A stretch of DNA of 64,000 bases from an uncultured Solirubrobacterales bacterium (GTDB taxonomy: Bacteria; Actinomycetota; Thermoleophilia; Solirubrobacterales; Solirubrobacteraceae). Position 1 is the first letter of the stretch. Each line of letters starts with the position of its first letter. Below the pieces are notes generated by a model that was not told the DNA's origin, did no database searches, and was given only the letters and a program-made list of their open reading frames with translations. The stretch covers positions 3,697-67,696 of the forward strand of contig CAWDMR010000009.1 of the NCBI GenBank assembly GCA_963803475.1, given 5' to 3'. The position numbers were made by a program, and so were the translations under genes. Of the stretch, positions 44,966-55,332 are shown piece after piece.

Positions 44966-47464
44966 ATGGCCGAGCGCCGCTATGACCCGCATGAGATCGA
45001 GCCCAAATGGCAGGAGATCTGGGCGCGCGAGCACACCTGGGAGGTGTCCAACGACCGCTTTGCGGATCCCGATCGACCCGACAGGCGGGAAAAGTCCTAC
45101 ATGCTCGAGATGCTGCCGTATCCGAGCGGCGAGCCGCACATAGGCCATCTGAAGAACTACGCGCTGGGTGACGCGTTGGCCCACTTCCATCGCCGAATCG
45201 GCCAGCGCGTCCTGCATCCGATGGGCTACGACGCGTTCGGCCTACCGGCCGAGAACTACGCGATCAAGACCGGGGTGCATCCCCGCCGCTCGACCGACGA
45301 GTCGATCGAGGCATTTCAGCAGGCGTTTCGCTCGTGGGGGATCTCGATCGACTGGTCGCGCGAGATTGCCACCCACGAGCCGAGCTATTACCGCTGGACC
45401 CAGTGGATCTTCCTCAAGCTGTTGGAGCGTGACCTCGCCTACCGAAAGGAGGCGGCGGTCAAGTGGTGCCCCAACGATCAGACCGTGCTGGCCAACGAGC
45501 AGGTGATCGACGGTCATTGCGAACGATGCGGGTGGCTGGTCGAACTGCGCCAGCTCGAGCAGTGGTTCTTCCGTATCACCGACTATGCCGACCGGCTGGT
45601 CGACGACCTGGACACGATTCAGTGGCCTGAGTACGTCAAGGCCATGCAGCGCAACTGGATAGGCCGCAGCGAGGGTGCCGAGGTCGTGTTCCGCTGCGAG
45701 GAGCTCGACATCGATTACCCCGTGTTCACCACTCGCCCGGACACTCTGTTTGGCGCGACGTACTTCGCCATGGCGCCCGAGCACCCGGACATCTTCCGCT
45801 TGGCGGCCGGAACCGAGTACGAGGCACAGGTGCACGAGTACGTCAATCGCGCCGTGACGGAATCGGCCGAGGAGCGTGGGGCGGCGGAGAAGCCGAAGAC
45901 CGGAGTGCCGCTGGGCCGGACGGTGACGAACCCGGTGAACGGGGAGGAGCTGCCGATGTTCGTCGCCGACTACGTGCTGATGGAGTACGGGACCGGGGCG
46001 CTGATGGCGGTCCCGGCGCACGACGAGCGCGACTTTGCGTTCGCGCAGGCGTTCGATCTGCCGATCCGCCGGGTGATCGGCACCGAGGCGGACGAATTGC
46101 CGTACATCGGCGACGGTCCGATGGTCAACTCGGGCGAGTTCGACGGGATGAACAACCGCGAGGCGTACGAGGCGATCGTCGCGTGGCTGGATCGCGAGGG
46201 GCGAGGTCACCCGTCGGTCAGCTACCGGCTCCGGGACTGGTTGCTCTCACGGCAGCGCTACTGGGGTTGCCCGATCCCGGTCATCTACTGCGACCGGTGC
46301 GGAATGGTGCCGGTGCCCGAGGACCAGCTGCCCGTCGAGCTGCCCGACATCGAGGATTACCAGCCCAAGGGTCGGTCGCCGCTGGCGACGGCCGAGGACT
46401 GGGTGAACGTTTCGTGCCCGAGCTGTCAGGGGCCGGCCCGTCGCGAGACCGACACGATGGACACGTTTGTCGACTCCAGCTGGTACTTCCTGCGCTACTG
46501 CGACCCGCACAACGATCACGCCGCGTTCGACCGCCAGGTGCTGCGCGAGTGGATGCCGGTCGACCAGTACATCGGCGGCGTCGAGCACGCGATCCTGCAC
46601 CTGATGTACGCGCGCTTCTTTGTCAAGGCGCTGGCGGACATGGAGCTGCTCGACGTTCAGGAGCCGTTCCAGGCGCTGTTCACCCAAGGGATGATCCTGG
46701 GACCGGACGGTCACAAGATGTCCAAGTCGCGCGGCAACGTGATCAGCCCGATGCCGATCGTCGAGCGCTACGGCGCGGACGCGGCGCGGTGCTACATCCT
46801 GTTCATCGGGCCGCCGGATCAGGATGCCGCCTGGTCAGAGGCTTCGCTCGAGGGGGTGCATCGGTTCCTGGCCCGGGTGTGGCGCCTGGGTGAGGAGTGC
46901 AGCGGGGTCGAACCGCCCGTGGCGCCGGAGCACCCCAGCGGCGACCCGCTGCTGGCCGAGCAGCCCCATGGTGCGGCGGGCGACGCGCTGACGCTGATCC
47001 GAAAGGCGCACTGGGCGATCAACAAGGTCACCAGCGGCATGACCGGCCGGTTCGCGTTCAACACCGCGCTGGCTGCCGTCATGGAGCTGGTCAAGGAGAT
47101 CTACCGCTACGCGGATGCCGATCCGGCTGCTCGCCGGTTCGCCACCGCCACCGCCACGTCGCTGCTGTTCCCGTTTGCTCCGCATCTGGGTGCCGAGGTG
47201 TACGAGCAGCTCACCGGCCGTCGCGTATGGGAGGAGCCGTGGCCGGCGGCCGACCCGGGCATGCTGCAGGCCGAGACGTTCGAGCTCGTGTGCCAGGTCA
47301 ACGGGAAGGTGCGTGATCGCGTGACCGCTCCCAGCGGCGCCCCCAACGACGAGCTGGAGCGCCTGGCGCTGGAGACCCGCGGTGTGCGCGCCCACGTCGA
47401 CGGACATCAGATCGCCAAGGTGATCGTGGTTCCCGACAAACTGGTCAACGTCGTCGTCAGGTAG
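44966..47464 (+). CDS. leuS: Leucine--tRNA ligase
   Basis: [53 protein letters not shown]. Confidence 0.98.
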   Translation: MAERRYDPHEIEPKWQEIWAREHTWEVSNDRFADPDRPDRREKSYMLEMLPYPSGEPHIGHLKNYALGDALAHFHRRIGQRVLHPMGYDAFGLPAENYAIKTGVHPRRSTDESIEAFQQAFRSWGISIDWSREIATHEPSYYRWTQWIFLKLLERDLAYRKEAAVKWCPNDQTVLANEQVIDGHCERCGWLVELRQLEQWFFRITDYADRLVDDLDTIQWPEYVKAMQRNWIGRSEGAEVVFRCEELDIDYPVFTTRPDTLFGATYFAMAPEHPDIFRLAAGTEYEAQVHEYVNRAVTESAEERGAAEKPKTGVPLGRTVTNPVNGEELPMFVADYVLMEYGTGALMAVPAHDERDFAFAQAFDLPIRRVIGTEADELPYIGDGPMVNSGEFDGMNNREAYEAIVAWLDREGRGHPSVSYRLRDWLLSRQRYWGCPIPVIYCDRCGMVPVPEDQLPVELPDIEDYQPKGRSPLATAEDWVNVSCPSCQGPARRETDTMDTFVDSSWYFLRYCDPHNDHAAFDRQVLREWMPVDQYIGGVEHAILHLMYARFFVKALADMELLDVQEPFQALFTQGMILGPDGHKMSKSRGNVISPMPIVERYGADAARCYILFIGPPDQDAAWSEASLEGVHRFLARVWRLGEECSGVEPPVAPEHPSGDPLLAEQPHGAAGDALTLIRKAHWAINKVTSGMTGRFAFNTALAAVMELVKEIYRYADADPAARRFATATATSLLFPFAPHLGAEVYEQLTGRRVWEEPWPAADPGMLQAETFELVCQVNGKVRDRVTAPSGAPNDELERLALETRGVRAHVDGHQIAKVIVVPDKLVNVVVR

Positions 47465-47466
47465 CG

Positions 47467-47919
47467 ATGGCGCCGTATGTCGCGGTCGTCGGGTCGAGCG
47501 AGGCCACCGGCGAACAGTTAGATGCGGCCGTGAGGGTGGGCCAGGGCCTGGCGCAGGCCGGCGCGATCCTCGTCTGCGGCGGCCTCGGCGGGGTAATGGC
47601 CGCCGCCTGCCGCGGCGCCAGATCCGCCGGTGGGACCACGGTCGGGATCCTGCCCGGCTCTGATCGGCAGGCCGCCAACCAGTGGGTGCAGATCGCGATT
47701 CCCACGGGCCTGGGTGAGCTGCGCAACGGCCTCGTGGTACGCAGCGCGGACGTGGTGATAGCGATCGGCGGCTCCTACGGCACGCTGTCCGAGATCGCGC
47801 TGGCGCTCAGGACCGGAGTGGACGTCATCGGAGTGGGCACCTGGCAGATTGATGGGATCGAAGCGGCGGACTCGCCCCAGGCAGCCGTGGGCCGGGCGCT
47901 CGAGCTCGCTCACGGCTGA
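47467..47919 (+). CDS. TIGR00725/LOG-like protein
   Basis: CGGLGGVMAA, VGILPG, RN..VV, GGSYGTLSEIA. Confidence 0.9.
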   Translation: MAPYVAVVGSSEATGEQLDAAVRVGQGLAQAGAILVCGGLGGVMAAACRGARSAGGTTVGILPGSDRQAANQWVQIAIPTGLGELRNGLVVRSADVVIAIGGSYGTLSEIALALRTGVDVIGVGTWQIDGIEAADSPQAAVGRALELAHG

Positions 47920-47977
47920 CTCGGCGGGCCGCGACGGCCCGCAGGCTGGTGTCGCCGGGCACCCCTAGACTGGGCGG

Positions 47978-48952
47978 ATGGCGGCGTTCAAGCCCGCATA
48001 CCTGATCCACGGTGACGATCACGGCCGCATCGCCGAGCGGCGCAGCCGGCTGCGGGCGCTGGCGGAGCAGGGCAGCGGAGTTCAGGGATTCGAGGTGTTC
48101 GAGGGGGACGTCTCGACGCCGGAGTCGGTGGCGATCGCGCTGAGCGCGATGACGTTTGCGCTCGAGCGCCGATTCATCGTGGCCGACGGGGTCGAGCGCT
48201 GGAAGGACAAGGACATGGCACCGCTCGAGGTGGCCCTCGCGTCGATGCCGCCGGACACGACCGTGGCGTTCTTCGCCCGGGAGGACTCCCGTGCCAAGGC
48301 GCCCCCGAGGCTGCATGAGGCGGTTCGCCAGGCAGGTGGAGAAATCAGGCCCGAGGCCAGCGTGAAGCCGTGGGAGCTGCCCAAGTGGGTGATCGCCCGC
48401 GCCACCGAGCTGGGCCTCGAGCTCCAGCCCGATGCCGCCCGAGCTCTGATCGCGCACATCGGCGATCGTCAGCAGCGCTTGCTGCGCGAGCTCGAGAAGC
48501 TTGCGTTGTACGCCGGTGGCGCGGGTCAGATCTCCTCCGGCGATGTCGAGGAGCTGGCCGCCGCCTCAGCCGAGCGTCGAGCCTGGTCGCTGGCCGACGC
48601 GCTGGTGGCCGGCGAACTCCCGGCGGCGGTGCGCATGTATCTGGCGCTGCGAGCCCAGGGCGAGCGTGTGCCGAGCCTCCTGTACTGGATGTCGCAGCGG
48701 GTCCGGACCGCGCACGAGATCGCGATTGCGATCGATCAGGGCCGGCCCGAGGCGCAGGTCAAGCGGGGCCTGCGCATGCCCGCCCGCGCGGCGGACAGGC
48801 TGATCGCAGACGCACGCCGGCGCGGCGCCGAGGAGCTGCGCGGCTCCCTGGGCGAGATCGCCGATCTGGAGCTGGCCTCGCGTGGCGGGGGGCCTGGAGC
48901 CGCGGGTGAGGACACGGCGGCGCTGCTCGCGATCCGGCGAATCGCGGCGTAA
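47978..48952 (+). CDS. holA: DNA polymerase III delta subunit
   Basis: AYLIHGDD, RELEKL, AWSLADAL; leuS-holA-rpsT context. Confidence 0.88.
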   Translation: MAAFKPAYLIHGDDHGRIAERRSRLRALAEQGSGVQGFEVFEGDVSTPESVAIALSAMTFALERRFIVADGVERWKDKDMAPLEVALASMPPDTTVAFFAREDSRAKAPPRLHEAVRQAGGEIRPEASVKPWELPKWVIARATELGLELQPDAARALIAHIGDRQQRLLRELEKLALYAGGAGQISSGDVEELAAASAERRAWSLADALVAGELPAAVRMYLALRAQGERVPSLLYWMSQRVRTAHEIAIAIDQGRPEAQVKRGLRMPARAADRLIADARRRGAEELRGSLGEIADLELASRGGGPGAAGEDTAALLAIRRIAA

Positions 48953-49018
48953 CGCCGGGCTGCGGGCCGGCCCGAGCACCTCCGCCATCTGGCTTCGGAA
49001 ACCCTGTGCGGCGGAAAC

Positions 49019-49288
49019 CTAGCCCTCGGCGGGACCGCGCCGGATGCGGGCCGCGCGGGACTTTTTCCGGGCTCCGGTGTTGCGATGGATCGCCCCTCGC
49101 TTGACGGCCTTGTCGATCGTCTGCACCAGCACCCGGTGCTCTGCGTCCGCGCCACTCACATCGCCGCCGGCGACGGCATCCTCCAGCCGGCGGAAGTACG
49201 TCTTGATCCGCGAGGTGTAACGGCGGTTCTCGAGCCGCTCGCGAGCGGCTCGCTCGATCCGCTTCTTCTGTGAGTGGATATTCGCCAT
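49019..49288 (-). CDS. rpsT: 30S ribosomal protein S20
   Basis: MANIHSQKKR, IDKAVKRGAIHRNTGARKKSR. Confidence 0.97.
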   Translation of the reverse strand: MANIHSQKKRIERAARERLENRRYTSRIKTYFRRLEDAVAGGDVSGADAEHRVLVQTIDKAVKRGAIHRNTGARKKSRAARIRRGPAEG

Positions 49289-49343
49289 TGCGCAGAGAAG
49301 CCGCGACAGTTCCGCCGCGGCGCGTCCGTACTATAGCGGCCGC

Positions 49344-50948
49344 GTGCAGGATGACACCATCGCCGTGAGCGCGACACCGTCCCGACGCCGGATCAGCGTG
49401 AACACGGCGATCTTCGCGATCGCCACGGGACTTTCCCGCATCGCCGGGCTCGCCCGGGAGATCGTCGCGGCCAGCTACTTCGGCACCAGCGGCCCGGCTT
49501 CGGCGTTCACGATCGCCTCGCAGATTCCGAACCTGATGTCGAATCTGTTCGCGCAGGCGGCGCTGTCGGCCGCCTTCGTACCGGTGTTCACCGATCTGCT
49601 CCAGCAGGGTCGCAAGCGGGAGGCGTTCCGGCTCGCCTCGACGCTGTTCTGGATCATCCTGATCGTGTTGGGCGGGCTGACGGCAGTGGGAATCCTGCTC
49701 GCGGGAACGATCATGCCGCTGTTCACCGGTAGCACGTTCGGTCCGGTGCTCGACAACCTGACCGCCGGCCTCTCCCAGGTGCTGTTCCCAGTGGTGCTCC
49801 TGCTGGGACTCACGGGGCTGCTGGTCGGCATCCTCCAGTCCTACGACGAGTTCACGATCCCGGCGCTGGCGCCGGCCGTCTGGAACCTGGTGATTCTGGT
49901 GCTGCTGGTGGCGCTGCACACGCAGTACCACGGGGGCAAGCGACTATATGCCTACGCCATCGCATGGCTGGTGGCCACGGTCGTTCAGCTGCTCATGGTT
50001 GCCTCGGCGCTCAGGCGGATCGACTTCCGCCTGCAGTTCTCGATCGACTGGCACGACCCGCGCGTACGCCAGGTGTTCACACTGATGCTGCCGGTCACGA
50101 TCGGGCTGGGGATCGTCAATCTCGACCAGGTGCTCAACTCCGTGTTCGGCACCCTGGTCTCGACCGAGGCCCCCCGCGCGATTGACAACGCGTTCCGGAT
50201 CTACATGCTGCCGCAGGGAGTGTTCAGCGTGGCCGTCGCCACCGTGCTGTTCCCCACGCTCAGCCGGCAGGCGGCGCGGCGCGATGTGGCCGGGATGCGC
50301 GCGGCGGTGGGCAACGGGATGCGCCAGATCAACCTGTTGCTGATCCCTGCCATGGGCCTGCTGATGGTGCTGGCCACCCCGATCACGCGGCTGGTGTTCC
50401 AGCGCGGGCACTTCGGTCTGTACTCCACGCACCTGGTGTCGATCGCGCTGTTCTGGTTCGCGGTCAGCCTCCCGTTCGCGGGGGTGAACCTGTTGCTCAC
50501 GCGCACCTTCTTCGCGGTTCAGCGGCCCTGGATTCCGACCGGGCTGGCAGCGCTCAACATGATCGTCGACATCATCGTCAGCGTGGCGCTGTACAAGCCG
50601 CTGGGAATCGCGGGCCTGGTGATCGGGACCGCGGCCGCCAACGCGGTGATGACGTTCCTGCTGATCCGGCGGCTGAGGGAGGGCTTCAACGGTCGGCTCG
50701 AGGGTACACAGACGTTGATGATCACGATCCGGATCCTGGTGGCATCGGCGCTGGTGGCGGGAGTCTCGTGGGTGGTGTGGAAGGGGCTCGACGCGGCGCT
50801 CGGGAGATCCCTGCCGGCCCAGCTGCTGTCAGTCGGTCTGTCGATCGCGTTCGGGCTCGCGCTATATGCCAAGATCGTCCTCGCGATGCGGATCCCGGAG
50901 GCCCGGCAGATCGAGGCTCTGGTCCTCGGCCGGCTGCGTCGGAGGTAA
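49344..50948 (+). CDS. murJ: Lipid II flippase MurJ
   Basis: LSRIAGLAREIV.A.YFG, IPN, ALSAAFVPVF, LPQGVF, FPTLS. Confidence 0.96.
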   Translation: MQDDTIAVSATPSRRRISVNTAIFAIATGLSRIAGLAREIVAASYFGTSGPASAFTIASQIPNLMSNLFAQAALSAAFVPVFTDLLQQGRKREAFRLASTLFWIILIVLGGLTAVGILLAGTIMPLFTGSTFGPVLDNLTAGLSQVLFPVVLLLGLTGLLVGILQSYDEFTIPALAPAVWNLVILVLLVALHTQYHGGKRLYAYAIAWLVATVVQLLMVASALRRIDFRLQFSIDWHDPRVRQVFTLMLPVTIGLGIVNLDQVLNSVFGTLVSTEAPRAIDNAFRIYMLPQGVFSVAVATVLFPTLSRQAARRDVAGMRAAVGNGMRQINLLLIPAMGLLMVLATPITRLVFQRGHFGLYSTHLVSIALFWFAVSLPFAGVNLLLTRTFFAVQRPWIPTGLAALNMIVDIIVSVALYKPLGIAGLVIGTAAANAVMTFLLIRRLREGFNGRLEGTQTLMITIRILVASALVAGVSWVVWKGLDAALGRSLPAQLLSVGLSIAFGLALYAKIVLAMRIPEARQIEALVLGRLRRR

Positions 50949-50957
50949 TCTCGTCCG

Positions 50958-51437
50958 ATGACCGACTTGGCCGACCTCTACCGGCGTCACTTCGCCAATC
51001 CGCGGCGCGAACGCGCCTTCCTCAGCGCCGCCGGGTTCACCACCGCGTTTGCCACGGCCCGGGGGATCACGCACTCGATCCGTGCCGGCATCGGACCGTT
51101 CCACAACCTCAGCGAAGGCGGCCGGCACATCCATCACAGCACGTTCGGCATCTTCGGCCTGCTCGGCTGCGGGTACCTGTGGACCTACCAGTGGGCGCTC
51201 GGTGTCGAGCCCCGCCGCCGTTGGCCCTCCCGCGTCAGCGCGGCCGCCTACGGCGTGGCGGCGGCGTTGACACTGGATGAGTTTGCGCTGTGGCTGGACC
51301 TCCACGACGACTACTGGGACAAGCAGGGCCGCAAGTCGATCGACGCGGTGGTGCTGTTCGGGGGGTTGCTGACGATGGGGGTGGCCGGCCGCGGCGCGCT
51401 GCGGGAACTGGGCCTGCTGCCCCGGCTGCTGGGCTGA
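50958..51437 (+). CDS. Hypothetical membrane protein
   Basis: HIHH..FG and LTLDEFALWL.L.D.YW...GR.SIDAV motifs; several TM segments. Confidence 0.8.
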   Translation: MTDLADLYRRHFANPRRERAFLSAAGFTTAFATARGITHSIRAGIGPFHNLSEGGRHIHHSTFGIFGLLGCGYLWTYQWALGVEPRRRWPSRVSAAAYGVAAALTLDEFALWLDLHDDYWDKQGRKSIDAVVLFGGLLTMGVAGRGALRELGLLPRLLG

Positions 51438-51494
51438 GAGCCGCGCGACAGCCTCAATACCCTTGTGGTCATCCTCTCGGTGTTACCGAACCCC

Positions 51495-53297
51495 ATGTCG
51501 ACGACCGCCCACATCCGCAACTTCTCGATCATCGCCCACATCGACCACGGCAAGTCGACGTTGGCGGACCGGATCCTCGAGCTGACCCACACCGTCGATC
51601 CGCGGTCGATGCGCGCCCAGGTGCTGGATTCGATGGACCTCGAGCGTGAGCGTGGCATCACGATCAAGGCCCAGGCGGTCCGCGTCTTCTACGAGGCGGC
51701 CGACGGTCACACCTATCAGCTGCATCTGATCGATACGCCGGGCCACGTCGACTTCACCTACGAGGTGTCGCGGTCGCTGGCCGCCTGCGAGGGGGCGCTG
51801 CTGGTGGTCGACGCATCGCAGGGCGTCGAGGCGCAGACTGTGGCCAACACGTACCTGGCGATCGAGTCCGGGCTCGAGCTGATTCCCTGCCTGAACAAGG
51901 TCGACCTGCCCGGAGCCGAGCCTGAGCGGGTGGCCGAGGAGGTGGCCGAGCTGCTGGGCGAGCCGGCCGACAGCGTGCGCCGGATCAGCGCCAAGACCGG
52001 CGACGGCGTCACCGCCGTGCTCGACGAGCTGATCGCCCGGGTACCACCGCCGAGCGGAGATCCGCACGGCACTCCGCGAGCGCTGATCTTCGACTCGGAG
52101 TTCGACCCGTACCGCGGCGTGATCGCCTACATCCGGGTGGTCGATGGCACCTTCACCAAGGGTGAGGCGATCAGGGCGATGCAGGCGGGCACGGAGGCCG
52201 ACATCGACGATATTGGCTTCTTTACGCCGCAGATGACCTCCGCCGATGCGCTGCACGCGGGCGAGGTGGGGTTCCTGATCACCGGCATCAAGGACGTGAC
52301 GCGGCTGCGCGTAGGCGACACGCTGACGTCGCGTTCGAACCCGGCCCGCGAGCCCCTGCCGGGATACCGCGAGGTCAAGCCGATGGTGTTCTGCGGCCTG
52401 TTCCCGATCGACTCCGACGACTACCCCGATCTGCGCGATGCGCTCGAGAAGCTGACGCTCAACGACGCTGCCCTGGCCTGGGAACCCGAGACCTCCGACG
52501 CGCTCGGGTTCGGCTTCCGCTGCGGCTTCCTGGGTCTGCTGCACATGGACATCGTGCGTGAGCGCCTGGAGCGCGAGTACGACCTCGAGCTGCTGGCGAC
52601 GATGCCGAGCGTCGAGTACGAGGTCACGCTGACCGACGGCCTGGTGCTGCCTGTGCATTCGCCCAACGACATGCCCGATCCGGGTCGGGTGGCGGAGGTC
52701 CGTGAGCCCTACATCCGTGCCTCGATCCTGACCCCGAAGGAGTATGTCGGTCAGATCATGGAGCTCTGCCAGGAACGTCGCGGCGACCACGCCGGCATGC
52801 ACTACCTGTCGTCCGAGCGCGTGCAGCTGACCTACGACCTGCCCCTGGCCGAGATCGTGCTCGACTTCTTCGACCAGCTCAAGTCCCGCACCCGCGGGTA
52901 CGCGTCGCTGGACTACGAGGTGGTCGGGCTACGAGAGTCGGACCTGGTCAAGCTCGACATCCTGCTGGCTGGCGATCCGGTCGATGCGCTGTCGATGCTG
53001 GTGCATCGCTCCAAGGCCTACGAAGCCGGCCGGGCGCTGGCCGAGAAGCTGCGCCAGAAGATCCCCCGCCAGCAGTACGACGTGCCGATCCAGGCCGCCA
53101 TCGGCTCGCGGATCGTTGCTCGCGAGACAATCAAGGCCTACCGTAAGGACGTCACCGCCAAGTGCTACGGAGGCGACATCACCCGCAAGCGCAAGCTGTT
53201 GGAGCAGCAGCGGAAGGGAAAGCAGCGGATGAAGCAGGTCGGGCGGATCGAGGTGCCGCAGGAGGCGTTCCTGGCCGTGCTGGAGCTGGGGGAGTAG
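51495..53297 (+). CDS. lepA: Elongation factor 4
   Basis: [45 protein letters not shown]. Confidence 0.98.
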   Translation: MSTTAHIRNFSIIAHIDHGKSTLADRILELTHTVDPRSMRAQVLDSMDLERERGITIKAQAVRVFYEAADGHTYQLHLIDTPGHVDFTYEVSRSLAACEGALLVVDASQGVEAQTVANTYLAIESGLELIPCLNKVDLPGAEPERVAEEVAELLGEPADSVRRISAKTGDGVTAVLDELIARVPPPSGDPHGTPRALIFDSEFDPYRGVIAYIRVVDGTFTKGEAIRAMQAGTEADIDDIGFFTPQMTSADALHAGEVGFLITGIKDVTRLRVGDTLTSRSNPAREPLPGYREVKPMVFCGLFPIDSDDYPDLRDALEKLTLNDAALAWEPETSDALGFGFRCGFLGLLHMDIVRERLEREYDLELLATMPSVEYEVTLTDGLVLPVHSPNDMPDPGRVAEVREPYIRASILTPKEYVGQIMELCQERRGDHAGMHYLSSERVQLTYDLPLAEIVLDFFDQLKSRTRGYASLDYEVVGLRESDLVKLDILLAGDPVDALSMLVHRSKAYEAGRALAEKLRQKIPRQQYDVPIQAAIGSRIVARETIKAYRKDVTAKCYGGDITRKRKLLEQQRKGKQRMKQVGRIEVPQEAFLAVLELGE

Positions 53298-53462
53298 GGC
53301 TGGGGCTCGGGTGCGTGTTGGCCTCGGGGCTTGGGGGGCCGCCCGCGTTTGGCGGTTCTGGGGCCGGTGCGGGGGTGTTCTGCTGCGGCGGCGGGGGGTG
53401 CGGGGGAGTGGCTTGCGGGGTGAGGGCGGCGCGGCGACGGGTGGCTTGGGAGTAGGGCGAGG

Positions 53463-53574
53463 TGAATAACGTGACGCGGACCGCCCCGCGGGCCGCGAGT
53501 GTCACCTTTGCCATGCCCCACATGGTCAACGTGACCGAGACCCTCCAGCGTGGAGACGCGTGGCACGTTGTTCA
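53463..53574. repeat. Double inverted-repeat intergenic element
   Basis: aacgtgac...gtcacctt, central tgccatg/catggtca, aacgtgac...ggcacgtt (60-bp period); outer tgaataacgtg/cacgttgttca. Confidence 0.7.
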
Positions 53575-53580
53575 GGTCCG

Positions 53581-53709
53581 GGCGAGCCGAGGACGCGATC
53601 GGCGAGCCGAGGACGCGATCGGCGAGCCGAGGACGCGATCGGCGGGCCGAGGAGGCGACCGGCGAGCCGAGGACGCGATCGGCGGGCCGAGGACGCGACC
53701 GGCGAGCCC
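53581..53709. repeat. 20-bp tandem repeat, 6 copies plus a partial copy
   Basis: ggcgagccgaggacgcgatc x3 exact, then variants; no spacers. Confidence 0.95.
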
Positions 53710-53801
53710 ACGATCGCCCAGGGCACCGACCGTCCGGGGCCCGACCGCCCCCGCCCCGCTCAGGCGATCCGAAACGCCCCGCAGCAACCCCCGTCAAGCC
53801 G

Positions 53802-54215
53802 TTACAGCCAGAACCCGGACCGCACGTGGGCGCGGCTGCGGCCGCAGCGTCGGCTGTGGGCGCCGAAGAACCACCAGCCGAGCGCCAGCCACAGCGCCCA
53901 CACGGCCAGGAAGCTGGTGACAACGAGCACCACCACCGCGATCAGCGCGATCGCCAGCGGGATCGCGAGCGCCAGCGCCACGGTGGGCTTGACCCATGGA
54001 GCGGCAGACGGCGGCCGGCGGCGGGTGACACGGTCGCTGGGCAGGTCCGCCACGAGCGCGTCGAGCTCCGCGTAGGTCCGAGCCGACAGGGCCGCCCCGA
54101 GGCGCTCGTCAAGCTCGTCGGGGAGGATGCGACCCTCGGTGGCAGCCTGACGCAGACGGTCGGCGATCCGCTCGCGGTCTGCGTCCGATGCTCTGAGGAT
54201 TCCGCGGTGTGCCAT
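53802..54215 (-). CDS. DUF1707 (SHOCT-like) domain membrane protein
   Basis: LRASDADRE..A..L..A..EGRI..DELDERL..A..ART..EL..LVADLP. Confidence 0.9.
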   Translation of the reverse strand: MAHRGILRASDADRERIADRLRQAATEGRILPDELDERLGAALSARTYAELDALVADLPSDRVTRRRPPSAAPWVKPTVALALAIPLAIALIAVVVLVVTSFLAVWALWLALGWWFFGAHSRRCGRSRAHVRSGFWL

Positions 54216-54274
54216 TCGGTTATTCCCGATCGGTGCCCGGCCTCGATGGCCATTCGCCGAACGATGGCCGAAGG

Positions 54275-54880
54275 CTACCGCGACCCCGGTTGGCCTACAA
54301 GCTCCCCCGCTCCGTGGGTCTCGGGCCGGACGCAGTACATCCCCTCTGAGAAGCCCTCGCCCTCGATCCCCAGCGCCCAGTTGGTGCGGGAGTAGAGGTT
54401 CTCGAGCGAGATCGTCATCGTCAGCTCGACGATCTGGCGTGGGTCAAACCGGGCCCGCAGCCGCTCGAACAGCTCATCCGGCACATCCACCGGGGTGCGG
54501 GTGACGGCGTCGGCGTATTCCAGCACCAGCCGCTCGTCCGAACCGAAGCGGTCTGAATCTCGCCAGCGGCTGAGGTCGCGGAGGTCGGCCTCGGAGCAGC
54601 CCGAGCGCTGGGCCAGCCAGGAGCCGAAGTCCAGACACCATTCGCAGCCGATCACCTGGGAGACGCGCAGCATCGCCAGGTGCTTCAGCCGCTCATCCAC
54701 GGAATGCGAAAACCGCTCGCCGGCCATGCCGACGGCGCCGAATCCGACCAGCAGCGGGCGGTGATGGGCCAGCACGCGGCTGGGTTCCAGCGGTCTTCCA
54801 TACATGCGCCGCGCCACCGCGAAGAAGATCCGGCGTACTGGATCGAGCCCACGGGGCAGGGCTGGCTCAAGCCGCGCCAT
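54275..54880 (-). CDS. Carboxymuconolactone decarboxylase/AhpD family protein
   Basis: LKHLA.LRVS..IGCEWCLDFG; ERLVLEYADAVT. Confidence 0.88.
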   Translation of the reverse strand: MARLEPALPRGLDPVRRIFFAVARRMYGRPLEPSRVLAHHRPLLVGFGAVGMAGERFSHSVDERLKHLAMLRVSQVIGCEWCLDFGSWLAQRSGCSEADLRDLSRWRDSDRFGSDERLVLEYADAVTRTPVDVPDELFERLRARFDPRQIVELTMTISLENLYSRTNWALGIEGEGFSEGMYCVRPETHGAGELVGQPGSR

Positions 54881-55332
54881 CAGACGCCAGCCTCGGTAGC
54901 GCGAGTCACGGTCAGGGCTGCGAAGGCGACCAACACCATCTCCAGCACGAAGCCCCCCAAGCTGGCGACGTTGTCCGCCGTCGAAAAGCTCGAGGTGGTG
55001 GTGAGGTGATAGATGAAATGAGGAATCGTGGCGGACAGGAACGCCGCCGCGGCCACCAGTACGAGACGGCGCTCGAACCAGATCGCCGCCGCCGCCAGCA
55101 GGACGGCAAACCCGAGCTCGGCGGCGGCAAAGTCACGCACCAGGTGCTGGTTGTATGGACCGAGCGCCGAGACCCAGTGGTGGCCGGCGCCGGGGTAGCT
55201 CCCGAAGAACGAGCGCGGATCCACCAGGCCCCAGACCGCGATCTCGGCCTGGGCGGCGGCAACCAGGGCCAGGCCGGCTCGCGCCGGCATTGAGCCCACG
55301 GCGGTCCGCGACGCCGAACTCGCGACGTTCAT
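54880..55332 (-). CDS. Hypothetical membrane protein
   Basis: P.SFF..YPG.G..WV...GPYNQHLVRD, PHFIYH; about four TM segments; overlaps both neighbours. Confidence 0.8.
   Translation of the reverse strand: MNVASSASRTAVGSMPARAGLALVAAAQAEIAVWGLVDPRSFFGSYPGAGHHWVSALGPYNQHLVRDFAAAELGFAVLLAAAAIWFERRLVLVAAAAFLSATIPHFIYHLTTTSSFSTADNVASLGGFVLEMVLVAFAALTVTRATEAGV

Noticed and set aside
53581-53709. CRISPR array
   Set aside because: Units are contiguous with no spacers, and there are no cas genes.
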